Shown: positions 53,271-63,356 of the stretch, one piece after another
Position numbering within the stretch: the stretch's first letter is position 1
Layout: each line of letters starts with the position of its first letter
Virus record (IMG/VR): IMGVR_UViG_3300013115_000353
Location: 1 to 64,000 of that record
Source of the DNA: a virus
Strand: one strand, 5' to 3'
Length of the DNA: 64,000 nucleotides
Program-made: the position numbers and the translations under genes
The notes under the pieces: model-generated
The model's input: the letters and a program-made list of their open reading frames with translations, nothing else
The model's database searches: none
What the model was told of the DNA's origin: nothing

Positions 53271-54310
53271 TCCCTCGTTTTAATATGGGTATGGCTCTCT
53301 GACAAGCCAGAGTGTGTTTGTCGAACAAACCGCGATCTAGCATGCAATTCATTAATGGAGCGACAGCCGCTATACGATAAACCGGATCGCATGCCTCGCT
53401 CTAAGTCTTCCAGGATGGATTTAACCGAACCTCGATAGGGCACCCTGGCGGCAACACCCTCAAAAGAACTATACCTACCACGCCAACTGACTTGAGCCTC
53501 TTTGCTTGCCATGCCGCGATACGACTTCCAATGCAAGCCATCAGAATCCTCAAGGACTTTTCCTGGTGTTTCATCTGTGCCTGCTAGCAACGAACCACAC
53601 ATTACGGCGTGAGCGCCAGCAGCAAGAGCTTTTACGATATCACCGGAGTTTCTAATGCCTCCGTCAGCAATAATAGCTACATCTCTGTCTGTCTGAGCAC
53701 ACTCCATAATGGTTTGAAGTCCCGGCATGCCATGTCCCGTCTGGATACGAGTCGAACAAATAGAACCTCCTCCAATATTACAACGGACGCTATCGGCTCC
53801 CCAATCAGCCAAGTCATTTATACCCTGAAGCGTAGCTACATTACCTGCCATAATATGAAAATTATCAGAACATAGCTTTCTTAATTCTTGGAGGGCTTCT
53901 TTCATAACGATATGATGGCCGTGTGCCACATCAATACATAAAAAATCTACGCCGGCATCTAATAGTTCAGCTGCGCGTTCAAGATAATCACCGGTGACGC
54001 CAATAGCTGCCCCTACGTTGTGCTCTATACGTGGCAAAAAAGTTAGACTCATAACACTGCAAACGTTCTTAACACACAGCGCCTGCTCATCAACGCTGTT
54101 ATAACGATGAATAATCCCAGTACCGCCAAACGATGTCATGGCAATTGCCATCCTGCTTTCCGAAATGGTGTCCATGGGCGATGAAATAATGGGAAGCTGT
54201 AACGTTACCCCTTTTCCTAAATTAGACAAAATATCTACTTCGCTTCGGGTACGGATATCTGAATACTGGGGCACTAATAATACATCATCATATGATAAAA
54301 CTTCTTTCAT
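53264..54310 (-). CDS. guaB: IMP dehydrogenase / GMP reductase family (no CBS domain)
   Basis: LSYDDVLLVP, SSPMDT, IDVAHGH, IGGGSICSTR, IADGGI, YRGMAS. Confidence 0.9.
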   Translation of the reverse strand: MKEVLSYDDVLLVPQYSDIRTRSEVDILSNLGKGVTLQLPIISSPMDTISESRMAIAMTSFGGTGIIHRYNSVDEQALCVKNVCSVMSLTFLPRIEHNVGAAIGVTGDYLERAAELLDAGVDFLCIDVAHGHHIVMKEALQELRKLCSDNFHIMAGNVATLQGINDLADWGADSVRCNIGGGSICSTRIQTGHGMPGLQTIMECAQTDRDVAIIADGGIRNSGDIVKALAAGAHAVMCGSLLAGTDETPGKVLEDSDGLHWKSYRGMASKEAQVSWRGRYSSFEGVAARVPYRGSVKSILEDLERGMRSGLSYSGCRSINELHARSRFVRQTHSGLSESHTHIKTREW

Positions 54311-54675
54311 TTCTTCTCCTTTTCAATAAACTGTTCAATGTCCGACAGATGATACCATGTATCTTTATTGGGCTCAGTCGGATCTTTTAAAATACGAATC
54401 TTAGGCTGTCGCACTCCCGTCTTCAACATGGTAATAGTGGGAACACCATCAAACCCCAATACCTTCTCTGCTTGAGGGTAATCGGCAATATTAAATGCAA
54501 AAAAATGAATATCCGAAAACTCTTTTTTATCAGCTATATCCTTGTAAGGAGCGCTCAACTTGTGGCACAAATGACATCCATTGGAATAAAACTTAATAAC
54601 ACATGTAGCTGCTTCTTTAACCTGTCCGGATAATAGCTTTTGCAATGCCGGCTTAGACAATCGATCAATCGACAT
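54307..54675 (-). CDS. Thioredoxin-like protein
   Basis: KFYSNGCHLC, GVPT. Confidence 0.8.
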   Translation of the reverse strand: MSIDRLSKPALQKLLSGQVKEAATCVIKFYSNGCHLCHKLSAPYKDIADKKEFSDIHFFAFNIADYPQAEKVLGFDGVPTITMLKTGVRQPKIRILKDPTEPNKDTWYHLSDIEQFIEKEKK

Positions 54676-54922
54676 TTTCTGTCTCCTTTAAGGCGTCTCT
54701 AGTTTTATCAATGCATTCGGGACAAAACAGACGTACAGTTTTATTAGCCTCGCGAACCACGACTGACCACGATGATACCATCTCTCGATCTGTTTTGTCA
54801 AAATCCTTGTGGCAGGCAGTACACATACTCGGTAATTCTCCAAACATGGCAACCTTATTTGCCATGGCTTTTTCAGCAGGGGATGCCCTATCTAGGGCCC
54901 GTCTTTGTTTCCTGTTCATCAT
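54665..54922 (-). CDS. Zn-binding hypothetical protein
   Basis: CTAC...CPEC. Confidence 0.6.
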   Translation of the reverse strand: MMNRKQRRALDRASPAEKAMANKVAMFGELPSMCTACHKDFDKTDREMVSSWSVVVREANKTVRLFCPECIDKTRDALKETENVD

Positions 54923-55404
54923 CGCTCCATCGTGTATACTGAAGGGTATAAATTACGTACATAAGAAGTACCCGGATTAAACACTACTACTGCAGATGGA
55001 AAGGGAGCAGAGTTCTTAGAGTCGCCAAACTTGAGGCGCCCCTTGATAAAGTGAATCTCTGTGGCGCGCATTACATAATTGTGCCAGTACTTGGTGTCAG
55101 TTCTCGCAGGGATAAGCATTACTACCTTAGTATCATCCTTCTGGCTTTCTCTATATCCCTTCTCTACCCACTCTGAGAGGTTGCTGTAGGGAGGATTAAC
55201 GAAAACAGTTTCCCCTTTCCAGTCTTGTTCCAGTCCATTGTCTTCAAGAGTGTAGTACTTCTTCGTCTTATGGTTCTCCGACGTGGCACAGGGATCCAAA
55301 GTAAACTTTCCAAATCTCCAATCAAGTTTATTAAAAAACTCAGTTGGGGTTGCCCATTCGCCTGTCTTGGAACTAAATAATGTTTTTTGTGTTGTTTTAT
55401 TCAT
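54919..55404 (-). CDS. Phage N6-adenine DNA methyltransferase
   Basis: EWATP, FTLDPCA, FVNPPYS, LIPARTDT, GRLKF, SAPFPS. Confidence 0.92.
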   Translation of the reverse strand: MNKTTQKTLFSSKTGEWATPTEFFNKLDWRFGKFTLDPCATSENHKTKKYYTLEDNGLEQDWKGETVFVNPPYSNLSEWVEKGYRESQKDDTKVVMLIPARTDTKYWHNYVMRATEIHFIKGRLKFGDSKNSAPFPSAVVVFNPGTSYVRNLYPSVYTMER

Positions 55405-56247
55405 TTAACTTGCTCTCTTTTTTTTTATCATTTCTAAACGTTCACGTGCAATATCACAATAGTCTTGGGAAATATCAATCCCAACATAGTTTCTCTCATT
55501 CATAGCTGCCATCTTTGTAGTCGTTCCAGAGCCATTAAAAGGATCCAGAACCACATCCCCTGGTTCAGTCCAGGTTAAGATATGATCAGCTGCTAGCTGT
55601 TCCGGAAAGATGGCTGGGTGACCAAATGCAATCTTGTCCTTCGTAGAATAGTTCTTCCCGGTGTTGTACTTCCAAATATTATTACGTGGAGAAAATTCCG
55701 GGATGGGCTTGATATTCCGCTCAATCAATTCGCCCTTCTTGTTACGAATGCTGCCCTTTCCAAAGTGGGTGTAACCTGCCCATCTGTTAGGTTTATCACA
55801 AATCAGATTTGCAGTCTTAGGCTTCGCGCCGTTACTGAATACAAACATATATTCAAAGAGTTGAGAGTAACGATTGCCGTCGCGACGAGCAGGGAAAGAA
55901 CTTCCATTCTTTTCATAAATCATCGTGTCATGCAGCTTGAAACCCTTCTCCATGAAGTATAAAGCCTGTCGAAAAGAGGAGCCAGTTTCGCCACCTTTCA
56001 TGACAGCATCCCCCACTACCCATACGACTACACCACCTTTCTTTACAACTCTGGCTAGCTCGCCAGCAATCTGTTCAAAAGGAAACGAATATCCGTTGTA
56101 CTCTTCCTTCATATCATCAATTAAATCTTGATACGCTCTCAGATTATCATAAGGGGGCGATGTTACCACCATGTCCACTGAGTTGTCTGGTAGTCCTTTA
56201 AGCACTTCAATGCTGTCTCCACAGATGATTTGATTAAGCTGCTTCAA
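55405..56247 (-). CDS. Beta-class N4-C/N6-A DNA methyltransferase
   Basis: VTSPPY precedes HPAIFP and VLDPFNGSGTT. Confidence 0.92.
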   Translation of the reverse strand: MKQLNQIICGDSIEVLKGLPDNSVDMVVTSPPYDNLRAYQDLIDDMKEEYNGYSFPFEQIAGELARVVKKGGVVVWVVGDAVMKGGETGSSFRQALYFMEKGFKLHDTMIYEKNGSSFPARRDGNRYSQLFEYMFVFSNGAKPKTANLICDKPNRWAGYTHFGKGSIRNKKGELIERNIKPIPEFSPRNNIWKYNTGKNYSTKDKIAFGHPAIFPEQLAADHILTWTEPGDVVLDPFNGSGTTTKMAAMNERNYVGIDISQDYCDIARERLEMIKKKRAS

Positions 56248-56935
56248 TTTCTACTCCTCGGTATTGTGCGATGTCTTCTCTGAGACATTTACACCACTTC
56301 GTCTTTGGGTATACAGAGCCGAGAGAGATGGACTTGCGGTATTCATCAACAAAGTTGACGTGTATCTTGCCCGTGGTGCTGCTGTTGTTGTCTGTTGCCT
56401 CTCCGTTCCAAGCAACGGCACAGTTGTCCAATACTGAGAAATGGACTGCCTTGATAACGTTGGCGAAGGAGAAGGTGTTCTTTGGGATGGGAAGTTCGTA
56501 ATCAAGCTCGTAGCTGACTAAGACATAGCTTTCTGCCTTTCCTTTTCCCTTGGAATGAGTTGAACCCGTCCAGCCGTCAGCGCTCTGGGTGGTTTTCACC
56601 TCAAATGGGATAATGCCGTCGTCTGACGTTATTACACGGAAGTCGTGTCCTGGTGCGTCACCTTCTTCTTTGCCGAGAACGGCAATGCCGAAGTCTTTAC
56701 AGGCTCTGACGAGTGCGAACTCAAAGTCATAGGCAAAACGAACACTTACTGCTGATGTCTGCTGACGCTTTCGCTCTTCGATGGCTTCTGCCCAGTCACG
56801 GATGGTGACGATGCTGTCGTCCATTAGGGCGGCAGGTGCGAAGTGTGCTGCTGCGGTTCTCTCGACGAGGTTGATGACGTGGAGTGCGAACTCCTTGCTT
56901 CTCAAAATTTCAAGTGATTCTTTAAGACTTTTCAT
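56234..56935 (-). CDS. Putative PD-(D/E)xK (restriction-like) endonuclease
   Basis: FEFAL...GHDF...PFEVKTTQ; adjacent to two MTases. Confidence 0.55.
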   Translation of the reverse strand: MKSLKESLEILRSKEFALHVINLVERTAAAHFAPAALMDDSIVTIRDWAEAIEERKRQQTSAVSVRFAYDFEFALVRACKDFGIAVLGKEEGDAPGHDFRVITSDDGIIPFEVKTTQSADGWTGSTHSKGKGKAESYVLVSYELDYELPIPKNTFSFANVIKAVHFSVLDNCAVAWNGEATDNNSSTTGKIHVNFVDEYRKSISLGSVYPKTKWCKCLREDIAQYRGVEIEAA

Positions 56936-57392
56936 CTGTGCTCCCTAGTGCTCCTGCGCCTCTGGCGCTCATTGTAATTGGATATTCATATAATTCGCCA
57001 TCTCTTCGCCTGATGGCTCTAAAGTGGACCACAGGCACCATCACAACTTGTGCGATCTTTGTGCCTGCTTCGATAGTTTGTGTCGTGTTTCCTACATTAT
57101 GAAGATTGATAAACACCTCTCCATCATAACCTGAATCAACAACACACGCCCCCACCAGCAAGCTACGCTTAGCTGCTACGCTAGAACGATTCTTTACTTC
57201 CAACATATAACCATGCGGGACTCCGAATCGTAAACCAGTAGAGAGAATCTTACTCTGTCCTGGGGCAATAGACACTGCCTTGTGTAAGTCGCCGGGCGGG
57301 GGTGAGTACCGCACGTCCAACCCGGCATCCGATGGATTGGCGCGGGCTGGTTCGTTAGCGGTTGGGTGGACTAATGCGTATTCAAGCAGCAT
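56922..57392 (-). CDS. dut: dUTPase
   Basis: DAGLD, RSS, GACVVDSGYDGE, KIAQ, RGAGALGST. Confidence 0.95.
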   Translation of the reverse strand: MLLEYALVHPTANEPARANPSDAGLDVRYSPPPGDLHKAVSIAPGQSKILSTGLRFGVPHGYMLEVKNRSSVAAKRSLLVGACVVDSGYDGEVFINLHNVGNTTQTIEAGTKIAQVVMVPVVHFRAIRRRDGELYEYPITMSARGAGALGSTDEKS

Positions 57393-57645
57393 TGGTGTTC
57401 CTCTTCTTATTCAGAATAAGATTGTAAGCATCATAGAATTCATCGACGTTCAATTCGCTCTTCATAAAACGATATGCCTTTACGGCAGTGCGAATCTCAT
57501 CGGTGGACAACCACCCGTTGTCACGAAACTCCTTGCGAAGTTCCCTCTTCTGCTCCTTGTATGGTTCCATCGCTTCTTCGATGGCGTTTAATGATCGAAC
57601 ATATTCCAAAATATAACGATCCTTGTCTGTGTTGTTTGTGGCCAT
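57382..57645 (-). CDS. Small helical DNA-binding-like protein (GapR/T4 DsbA-like)
   Basis: EYVRSLNAIEEAM...KRELRKEF...IRTAVKAYR pattern; start MATNN with SD GGAGG. Confidence 0.5.
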   Translation of the reverse strand: MATNNTDKDRYILEYVRSLNAIEEAMEPYKEQKRELRKEFRDNGWLSTDEIRTAVKAYRFMKSELNVDEFYDAYNLILNKKRNTNAA

Positions 57646-57715
57646 ATATGCCTCCTTTTGTATTATTAATATATCAGACTGAAGCGCCTGTGTCAAGCTT
57701 TTTGTGAGGTTTTAT

Positions 57716-58408
57716 TTAAATTAACACTAATCCAAAAAGCTGATTCATAAAGCTTTTAATTACTTGATCTTTTTCATTGTCCGTCTCACACTCACCGAAC
57801 AAATAATTGAACGTTCTCTTTTCATGGGCTACCTCTTGATAGAGTTTTTCGCTTTCCATCTTCATCCATCTTATTTGTTGTGCATAGTTCTTGGGGGTAG
57901 CAATATTATATCTGTCGGCATATTCCAACAGTACAAAATATTGTCTTTTCTCAAATGCGGCATTAATCTTTTTAAAAGATCCTATCTTCTCATAATATTC
58001 TTTATGCGGGAGAGAGGCATCTATCTTATCGGGATGCAAGATCATTGCCAGTTTCTTATACAGCTTGGTAAACGCTTCACGAACTTCTAAATCATCCTGC
58101 GTACTTTGATATTCATTATCTAAGTTATCGTCGGTGTCCATGTAAATCGATAAAGAGCCCGTAACATCGGGAGGGGGCGCTTCAAAGGAAGATACATCTT
58201 TGACATTATAAACATCTTTGATTCTTTCACGATGTTCTTTATTGAGTTTTTTCACATCAATATCGTTCTTTGCACAATATTGGTGGTAATATATTTCAAA
58301 ATCTGGGGCAGTCTCCTGATTTACTTCCTTAACCAGCTTAAGCTCCTCATGCAAATATTTAAGAGTATGAATACTCCTCTTCCATTTAAGTTTATGCGCA
58401 ACGCCCAC
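57716..58408 (-). CDS. J-domain-containing protein
   Basis: LYKKLAMILHPDK...FKKINAAF. Confidence 0.75.
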   Translation of the reverse strand: MGVAHKLKWKRSIHTLKYLHEELKLVKEVNQETAPDFEIYYHQYCAKNDIDVKKLNKEHRERIKDVYNVKDVSSFEAPPPDVTGSLSIYMDTDDNLDNEYQSTQDDLEVREAFTKLYKKLAMILHPDKIDASLPHKEYYEKIGSFKKINAAFEKRQYFVLLEYADRYNIATPKNYAQQIRWMKMESEKLYQEVAHEKRTFNYLFGECETDNEKDQVIKSFMNQLFGLVLI

Positions 58409-58421
58409 ATTTTATTCCTCG

Positions 58422-59027
58422 TTATTTGAATTTAAATTCAACTTTTACGTTAATATTTAGAGTAGGAACGTGTAAATGATTAACTAAATTATGACGCCTG
58501 CATTCGTGGGGCGCAAGATACCAGTCGGCATGCCCCCTCTGATGTATAATATCTAAAAAATGTTCTTCGGGCTTTCCGCAATTTTCTGCCATCATCAAAA
58601 AGATCTTTTTATTCAATCTTTCCGTTTCGGCGGCGTCTGATTTGATCTCTTCTACTTTTCCGCCTACCATCGAACTAACATCGTGAATCATTACAGTGGC
58701 ATCAGCATCCATATATCTTTTACCTTCGGCGCCAAAGCTTGCCAATACTGCGCCACATGACATTGCTTTGCCTTGAATAATGGTGGCTACGGGGATTTTA
58801 GAATGTTTAATATCAGATATCATTGACATTAATGAATATACCTGCCCCCCATAACTATCAATTATAATGGGTATAATTGGTTGTCCGGTATTCTGTGCCT
58901 TGCACATCTGTTTCGCAAACTCATTGGCGCTGCTTTCATCAAATTTTCTGACACGAATCACCACTGGCAAGTCTTCCACCAGTTCTTGATCTTTTATCAG
59001 TGGACTAAAGTATTTAATTATATTCAT
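58422..59027 (-). CDS. clpP: Second ClpP-like protease
   Basis: IDSYGG, GKAMSCG, VMIH, DWYL. Confidence 0.88.
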   Translation of the reverse strand: MNIIKYFSPLIKDQELVEDLPVVIRVRKFDESSANEFAKQMCKAQNTGQPIIPIIIDSYGGQVYSLMSMISDIKHSKIPVATIIQGKAMSCGAVLASFGAEGKRYMDADATVMIHDVSSMVGGKVEEIKSDAAETERLNKKIFLMMAENCGKPEEHFLDIIHQRGHADWYLAPHECRRHNLVNHLHVPTLNINVKVEFKFK

Positions 59028-59052
59028 TGCGTGTCCCTCCTTAAATAATTAG

Positions 59053-62000
59053 TCAACTCAATCTCTTAAATGTTTTCCCAATAGCGTAAGTTGAGAAGCC
59101 CCACTGTTCATCATATTTCAGCTTTGCCATATATGGTTTATTAAGCAAGATCCTATCTTTCTCGGGCTTGATTCCCCAGCATCGAATTCTTGTCTGTTCG
59201 TTGTTGCTATCGATAACTTCAACAATCCAATAATCTTTACCGTTCTTAGTCTTCTTCGGAACAATCTTGCGGGGAATAAACCAACACACATTCAATAAAC
59301 TATCGAATTCTGAAATCGGTGGAATATATTTGTCGCTCAATTTCTTCAGCATTTTGTCGTCTACCACCAGATTCAAGGGAAAAACTCCCGTAAGATCGGT
59401 TCTAAACTGAATAATTTCTTCCTCTGTGAAGTGTCCTTCCGGACGATAAAGTTCGATATTATCTGCGAGCTTCTTTGTTGTCTTTGGCCGTTCCACAATA
59501 CAGGCAGACCAAAAGTGTTTCATGCCCGTAAATCTGTCATCAATTAAACCCTCCAACGCTCCTCCTCGACAAAGAGCATCCAACGATTTCTTGTTCAGTT
59601 TGCTGTATTTAACGCCTTCTTTGAACAAGAGATCCTCTGCGTTCTCAAATGGACGGTTGTTTAAAATCTGATCAATAGCTGACATCCCCAAGCCTTTGAT
59701 AGAGGTAAGCGGTTGAATCAATGTCTTTCCATCAGCGCTAATCTCCCAGATAACACCCGACTTATTGATGTCGAGCGGTTCGATCTCATACCCATACTTC
59801 TTCGCAACGTTAATTGCTTTTTCTTTTCTACTCTCTGGTTCTTTGTCCAAGAACGCAGCTAGCCACTCTACGGGATAATATGCAAATAGGAAAGCGCACT
59901 GATAAGACAACACACTATAGGAAACAGCATGAGACTTATTAAAACCGTAGCCTGAAAAGTATTCAAAGTTATTCCATAGAGTTTGCGCGCTATCCTTGCT
60001 AATTCCTTTTTCTTCGCATCCTGCGATGAACTTGTTATAAATCTTTCTCTTTGCTGCATTTCCTTTACCTGTTCCTTTCTTTGTTAAAAGCTTGCGTAGT
60101 TTATTTCCCTCGTCCAAAGACAGATCCTTGCCCAACGTGTGGGCAATCTTGGCGATCTGTTCTTGGAAGATCAGGAAACCATATGTTTCCTCCGTAATCT
60201 CCCGTACCTCATCTGTAAGATAAGAGATACGATGTGGATGCTCTCGTGCCTCCATAAAGTCATCGTGCACATTGGCAGCTAGTGGCCCTGGACGGAAGAT
60301 GGAAGTAACAGCGGAGATATCAATAATGTTTCTCGGCTTCACTCTCTTACAGAACTTCTGCGATCCTGGCTCTGTGAACTGAAAGATTCCAGCCCACTTG
60401 CCTGCGTGGAAAATGTCTTCATACACCTTCTGATCATCCAAGTCAATAACATCTGGATGGAGGTGATTATTATAATACGCCTTCACATCTTCAAACGTGG
60501 GCTCTGCGATGTCATGATGACGCTTCAAGATGTGACGAATACACTCCTCAATCATCTTAAGCGTGGAGAGTCCCAAGATATCGAACTTAATGAACCCCAT
60601 AGGCTCCAAGTGTCGAACGTTCTGCCCTTCGCTCCAAGGCGTCTGTCTCACGCCACCAGAGTTAATCAGCGGCATGTAACGGTCTAGATTCTCCGCGACC
60701 ACCACACCCCCAGCATGACGGGAGCAAGAGCGCACCTGTCCCACCAATGCTTCAACGTGAGTCTTGATGTTCGGATATGTTCTCAAAAATTCCTGAAGGG
60801 ATGAACTAAACTCCATAACCTCTTCCCACGTCGGAGCGTATACTCCGGACTTAATACCATGGCGACGTTTGGCTTCGGGTGTTGCCTCGTAGATCATCTT
60901 ACCTGTTACGTTATTAACTTCGGTGTATGGAATACCATACAACTTGGAGATATCCTTAATGAGCGAGCGCAACTGCAGCGTGTTCCAATTCGAGATAGGA
61001 GCAACAGTATCTTCTCCCCACTCCTCAATCAGTGCCTCCTTCAGAGCCATCGGATCCGCTACATCATAGTCGATATCCGGATAATCCGTTGCGTCTGCTC
61101 GTAAGAAACGAGAGAACAGCAGTCCATATTTAATAGGATCGATCTGAGTAATGTTCAGCGCATACGCCACCAATGAGCCTGCAGCTGATCCTCGTCCTGG
61201 GCTCGTGAGCATCGTGCCCAACGCACGATCAGAGATCGCCTTCATGGTAAGGAAGTACTTAGAAAACCCGCGATCATCGATGACCTTGAGTTCGTGCTTA
61301 AGGCGGTTGAGATATTCGTTATTATAAATGAATCCCAACTCCTTTAATCCGTCCATCGAAAGCTTTACCAACGCGTTGGTGGCTGTCATGCCAGCTGGCA
61401 CAACAAAATCCGGCAATCGAACTGTATTATCTGGAAGAAACGCTTCAATCCGATCATGGGCAATTCGATGAGTTTCGGTAATTGAATTTAAAACTAACTC
61501 GTCATCGTAATCATAGTCCTTAGAATACTCCTTGTATGACTCCCACATCTGATCGCCGTTCTTAGGATACAGTTCGTATCCAATCTCCTCTACGCCGGCA
61601 GGAAGCTCATTTCCATCTGCCCAGTCTGGCGTACCCTTACCAAGCCAACCAAGACGCTTGTAAAGCTCGCGATCCTTCCAAGCGTCAGGGTTGGGGTAAT
61701 GGCTATCGGCTGTCGAAATCAGTCCAATGCCAAACTCTTGTGCAGTCTGAATAATATATTGATTCAGTTGATGTTGTTCCTTAATGTTGTTCCATTGAAG
61801 CTCTGCGTACCAGCGATCTCCAAAGATGTCTACCATGCGCTTACTTGTGTCGCGCATTGCAGCTAGCACGGCTTCGTCGCCCTCTTCTCGGTTCTCCCAG
61901 AAGTTGCCGGCATACACACCACCCAGACAAGCAGATGCAGCAATGATGCCTTCTCCATACTTCTCCAACAATGCGTAATCCACGCGAGGGTACCGATAAA

Positions 62001-62469
62001 AATTCTCGGCTTTATAACTCTCGGAGATCAATTTAAAGAGGTTATTTAAGCCCGTCTGGTTCATCGCTAACAGGACTAAATGTCTACGCCTACGTAGGAT
62101 GTCCTGTGTCTTTTTGCTGGCGCCCTCGTCCTCTACAGTGGCGCCTGACGCCTTGTCTGCTTTAAGACTTCGGGCTTTCTTCTTATCTTCCATGGCATTG
62201 GTGTACTCTTCTTTCCACTCTGCGATGGAAGGGATAAAATACGCCTCACAACCAAAGATAGGTTTGAAGTCTTTACCTTCCGCCTGCATCTTCTTGGCGT
62301 GTAACACCTGATACGCCAGCCCGTTCATGTTCCCATGATCAGTTAGCGCTAAGGCATCACTGCCATTCTCATACGCGAAGTCCATATGCGCTTGTGGATA
62401 CCCAATGGCATCAAAAATTGAACCCGCTACACTATGGGCATGTAGCCCAACAAATTTAATATTTTTCAT
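59053..62469 (-). CDS. dnaE: DNA polymerase III alpha subunit
   Basis: PHP HAHS/TDHG/DSHY; GRGSAAGSLVAY, PDIDYD, RHAGGV, KFDILGL, FQEQ, YGFNKSHA. Confidence 0.97.
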   Translation of the reverse strand: MKNIKFVGLHAHSVAGSIFDAIGYPQAHMDFAYENGSDALALTDHGNMNGLAYQVLHAKKMQAEGKDFKPIFGCEAYFIPSIAEWKEEYTNAMEDKKKARSLKADKASGATVEDEGASKKTQDILRRRRHLVLLAMNQTGLNNLFKLISESYKAENFYRYPRVDYALLEKYGEGIIAASACLGGVYAGNFWENREEGDEAVLAAMRDTSKRMVDIFGDRWYAELQWNNIKEQHQLNQYIIQTAQEFGIGLISTADSHYPNPDAWKDRELYKRLGWLGKGTPDWADGNELPAGVEEIGYELYPKNGDQMWESYKEYSKDYDYDDELVLNSITETHRIAHDRIEAFLPDNTVRLPDFVVPAGMTATNALVKLSMDGLKELGFIYNNEYLNRLKHELKVIDDRGFSKYFLTMKAISDRALGTMLTSPGRGSAAGSLVAYALNITQIDPIKYGLLFSRFLRADATDYPDIDYDVADPMALKEALIEEWGEDTVAPISNWNTLQLRSLIKDISKLYGIPYTEVNNVTGKMIYEATPEAKRRHGIKSGVYAPTWEEVMEFSSSLQEFLRTYPNIKTHVEALVGQVRSCSRHAGGVVVAENLDRYMPLINSGGVRQTPWSEGQNVRHLEPMGFIKFDILGLSTLKMIEECIRHILKRHHDIAEPTFEDVKAYYNNHLHPDVIDLDDQKVYEDIFHAGKWAGIFQFTEPGSQKFCKRVKPRNIIDISAVTSIFRPGPLAANVHDDFMEAREHPHRISYLTDEVREITEETYGFLIFQEQIAKIAHTLGKDLSLDEGNKLRKLLTKKGTGKGNAAKRKIYNKFIAGCEEKGISKDSAQTLWNNFEYFSGYGFNKSHAVSYSVLSYQCAFLFAYYPVEWLAAFLDKEPESRKEKAINVAKKYGYEIEPLDINKSGVIWEISADGKTLIQPLTSIKGLGMSAIDQILNNRPFENAEDLLFKEGVKYSKLNKKSLDALCRGGALEGLIDDRFTGMKHFWSACIVERPKTTKKLADNIELYRPEGHFTEEEIIQFRTDLTGVFPLNLVVDDKMLKKLSDKYIPPISEFDSLLNVCWFIPRKIVPKKTKNGKDYWIVEVIDSNNEQTRIRCWGIKPEKDRILLNKPYMAKLKYDEQWGFSTYAIGKTFKRLS

Positions 62470-63356
62470 TCCTTACCCTCATAAGCTATCTTACTATGTT
62501 TGTGTGTCTGTGTCAAGCCTTCTTCTGGCTTTTTTATAATATTTTTTGAACCTAAAAAGTCGCAGTATTCTCGCCACTTAGAGAGATCATAGAACCACTC
62601 CAATTCAAGGCGTGTTGCGTTCTTTTCCCCCACCTCACCGAACACATCTTTAAAATCAAAATGCCGTGCTGACCATCGTTCTTCCAACGGTAGTTTCTCT
62701 GATGGCATTTCACCTGCCGGGGGGTTAACAAATGTCCTAGTTGTCTTTTTGTTTACTGCAGTGCGGCAGGCTTTAAAATCATCTCCAAACATGGTGAAAG
62801 CAAGCGGCAAGTTGTCTTTTGCTGTCTTGCCATCGTGTGTTAGGAAAAAGTTTTCTTTCATACTGGAGATTTGGATCCTGTGCTCTCTCAAGTTATAAAT
62901 GTCATACGCGGACATAGGGAAAGTAATATAATACTTATCAGGCAACAGCCACTTAGATATTTTATATGCCACCTTCCAAGCAGCAAGAATACCATATAAT
63001 GCCCCCCACCCATACGAGTCGCGTCTATCACGATCCTTCGGATGGACAGGTACATAATAAATAGGAATCTCTTTTCTCACACCTTGATAAAATTGAGTAA
63101 ATTTTCGAGAATAATATACAGGATCATATACCCACTCTCCCACCCTCTTTCTGACGATGGGCGCCAAATCATCGTTGGCAACAATCCAGATGGTTTGACA
63201 TCCAGCGATGGCGCACTCGAATACTGCCTTTTGGATAGCTGTGTAGCCAGCATCCACAGGCATCATGACGGCAGGAACATCCATATCGAAATCTGTCTTA
63301 AGGTTTGCCACTGGGATAATACCTGCCAAATGAGAATGGCGCGGAATAGTCGTCAA
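62466..63356 (-). CDS. Sugar-nucleotidyltransferase-like protein (degenerate)
   Basis: LAGIIPVA...P..MMPV...AGCQTIWIV NTP-transferase N-terminus without the GxGTR motif. Confidence 0.6.
   Translation of the reverse strand: MTTIPRHSHLAGIIPVANLKTDFDMDVPAVMMPVDAGYTAIQKAVFECAIAGCQTIWIVANDDLAPIVRKRVGEWVYDPVYYSRKFTQFYQGVRKEIPIYYVPVHPKDRDRRDSYGWGALYGILAAWKVAYKISKWLLPDKYYITFPMSAYDIYNLREHRIQISSMKENFFLTHDGKTAKDNLPLAFTMFGDDFKACRTAVNKKTTRTFVNPPAGEMPSEKLPLEERWSARHFDFKDVFGEVGEKNATRLELEWFYDLSKWREYCDFLGSKNIIKKPEEGLTQTHKHSKIAYEGKE
62488..62516 (-). promoter_or_regulatory. sigma70-type promoter for dnaE
   Basis: TTGACA-N17-TAAGAT. Confidence 0.6.

Noticed and set aside
59053-62469. Intein or intron in dnaE
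   Set aside because: Length is normal (1138 aa); no splice-junction or LAGLIDADG motifs noticed.
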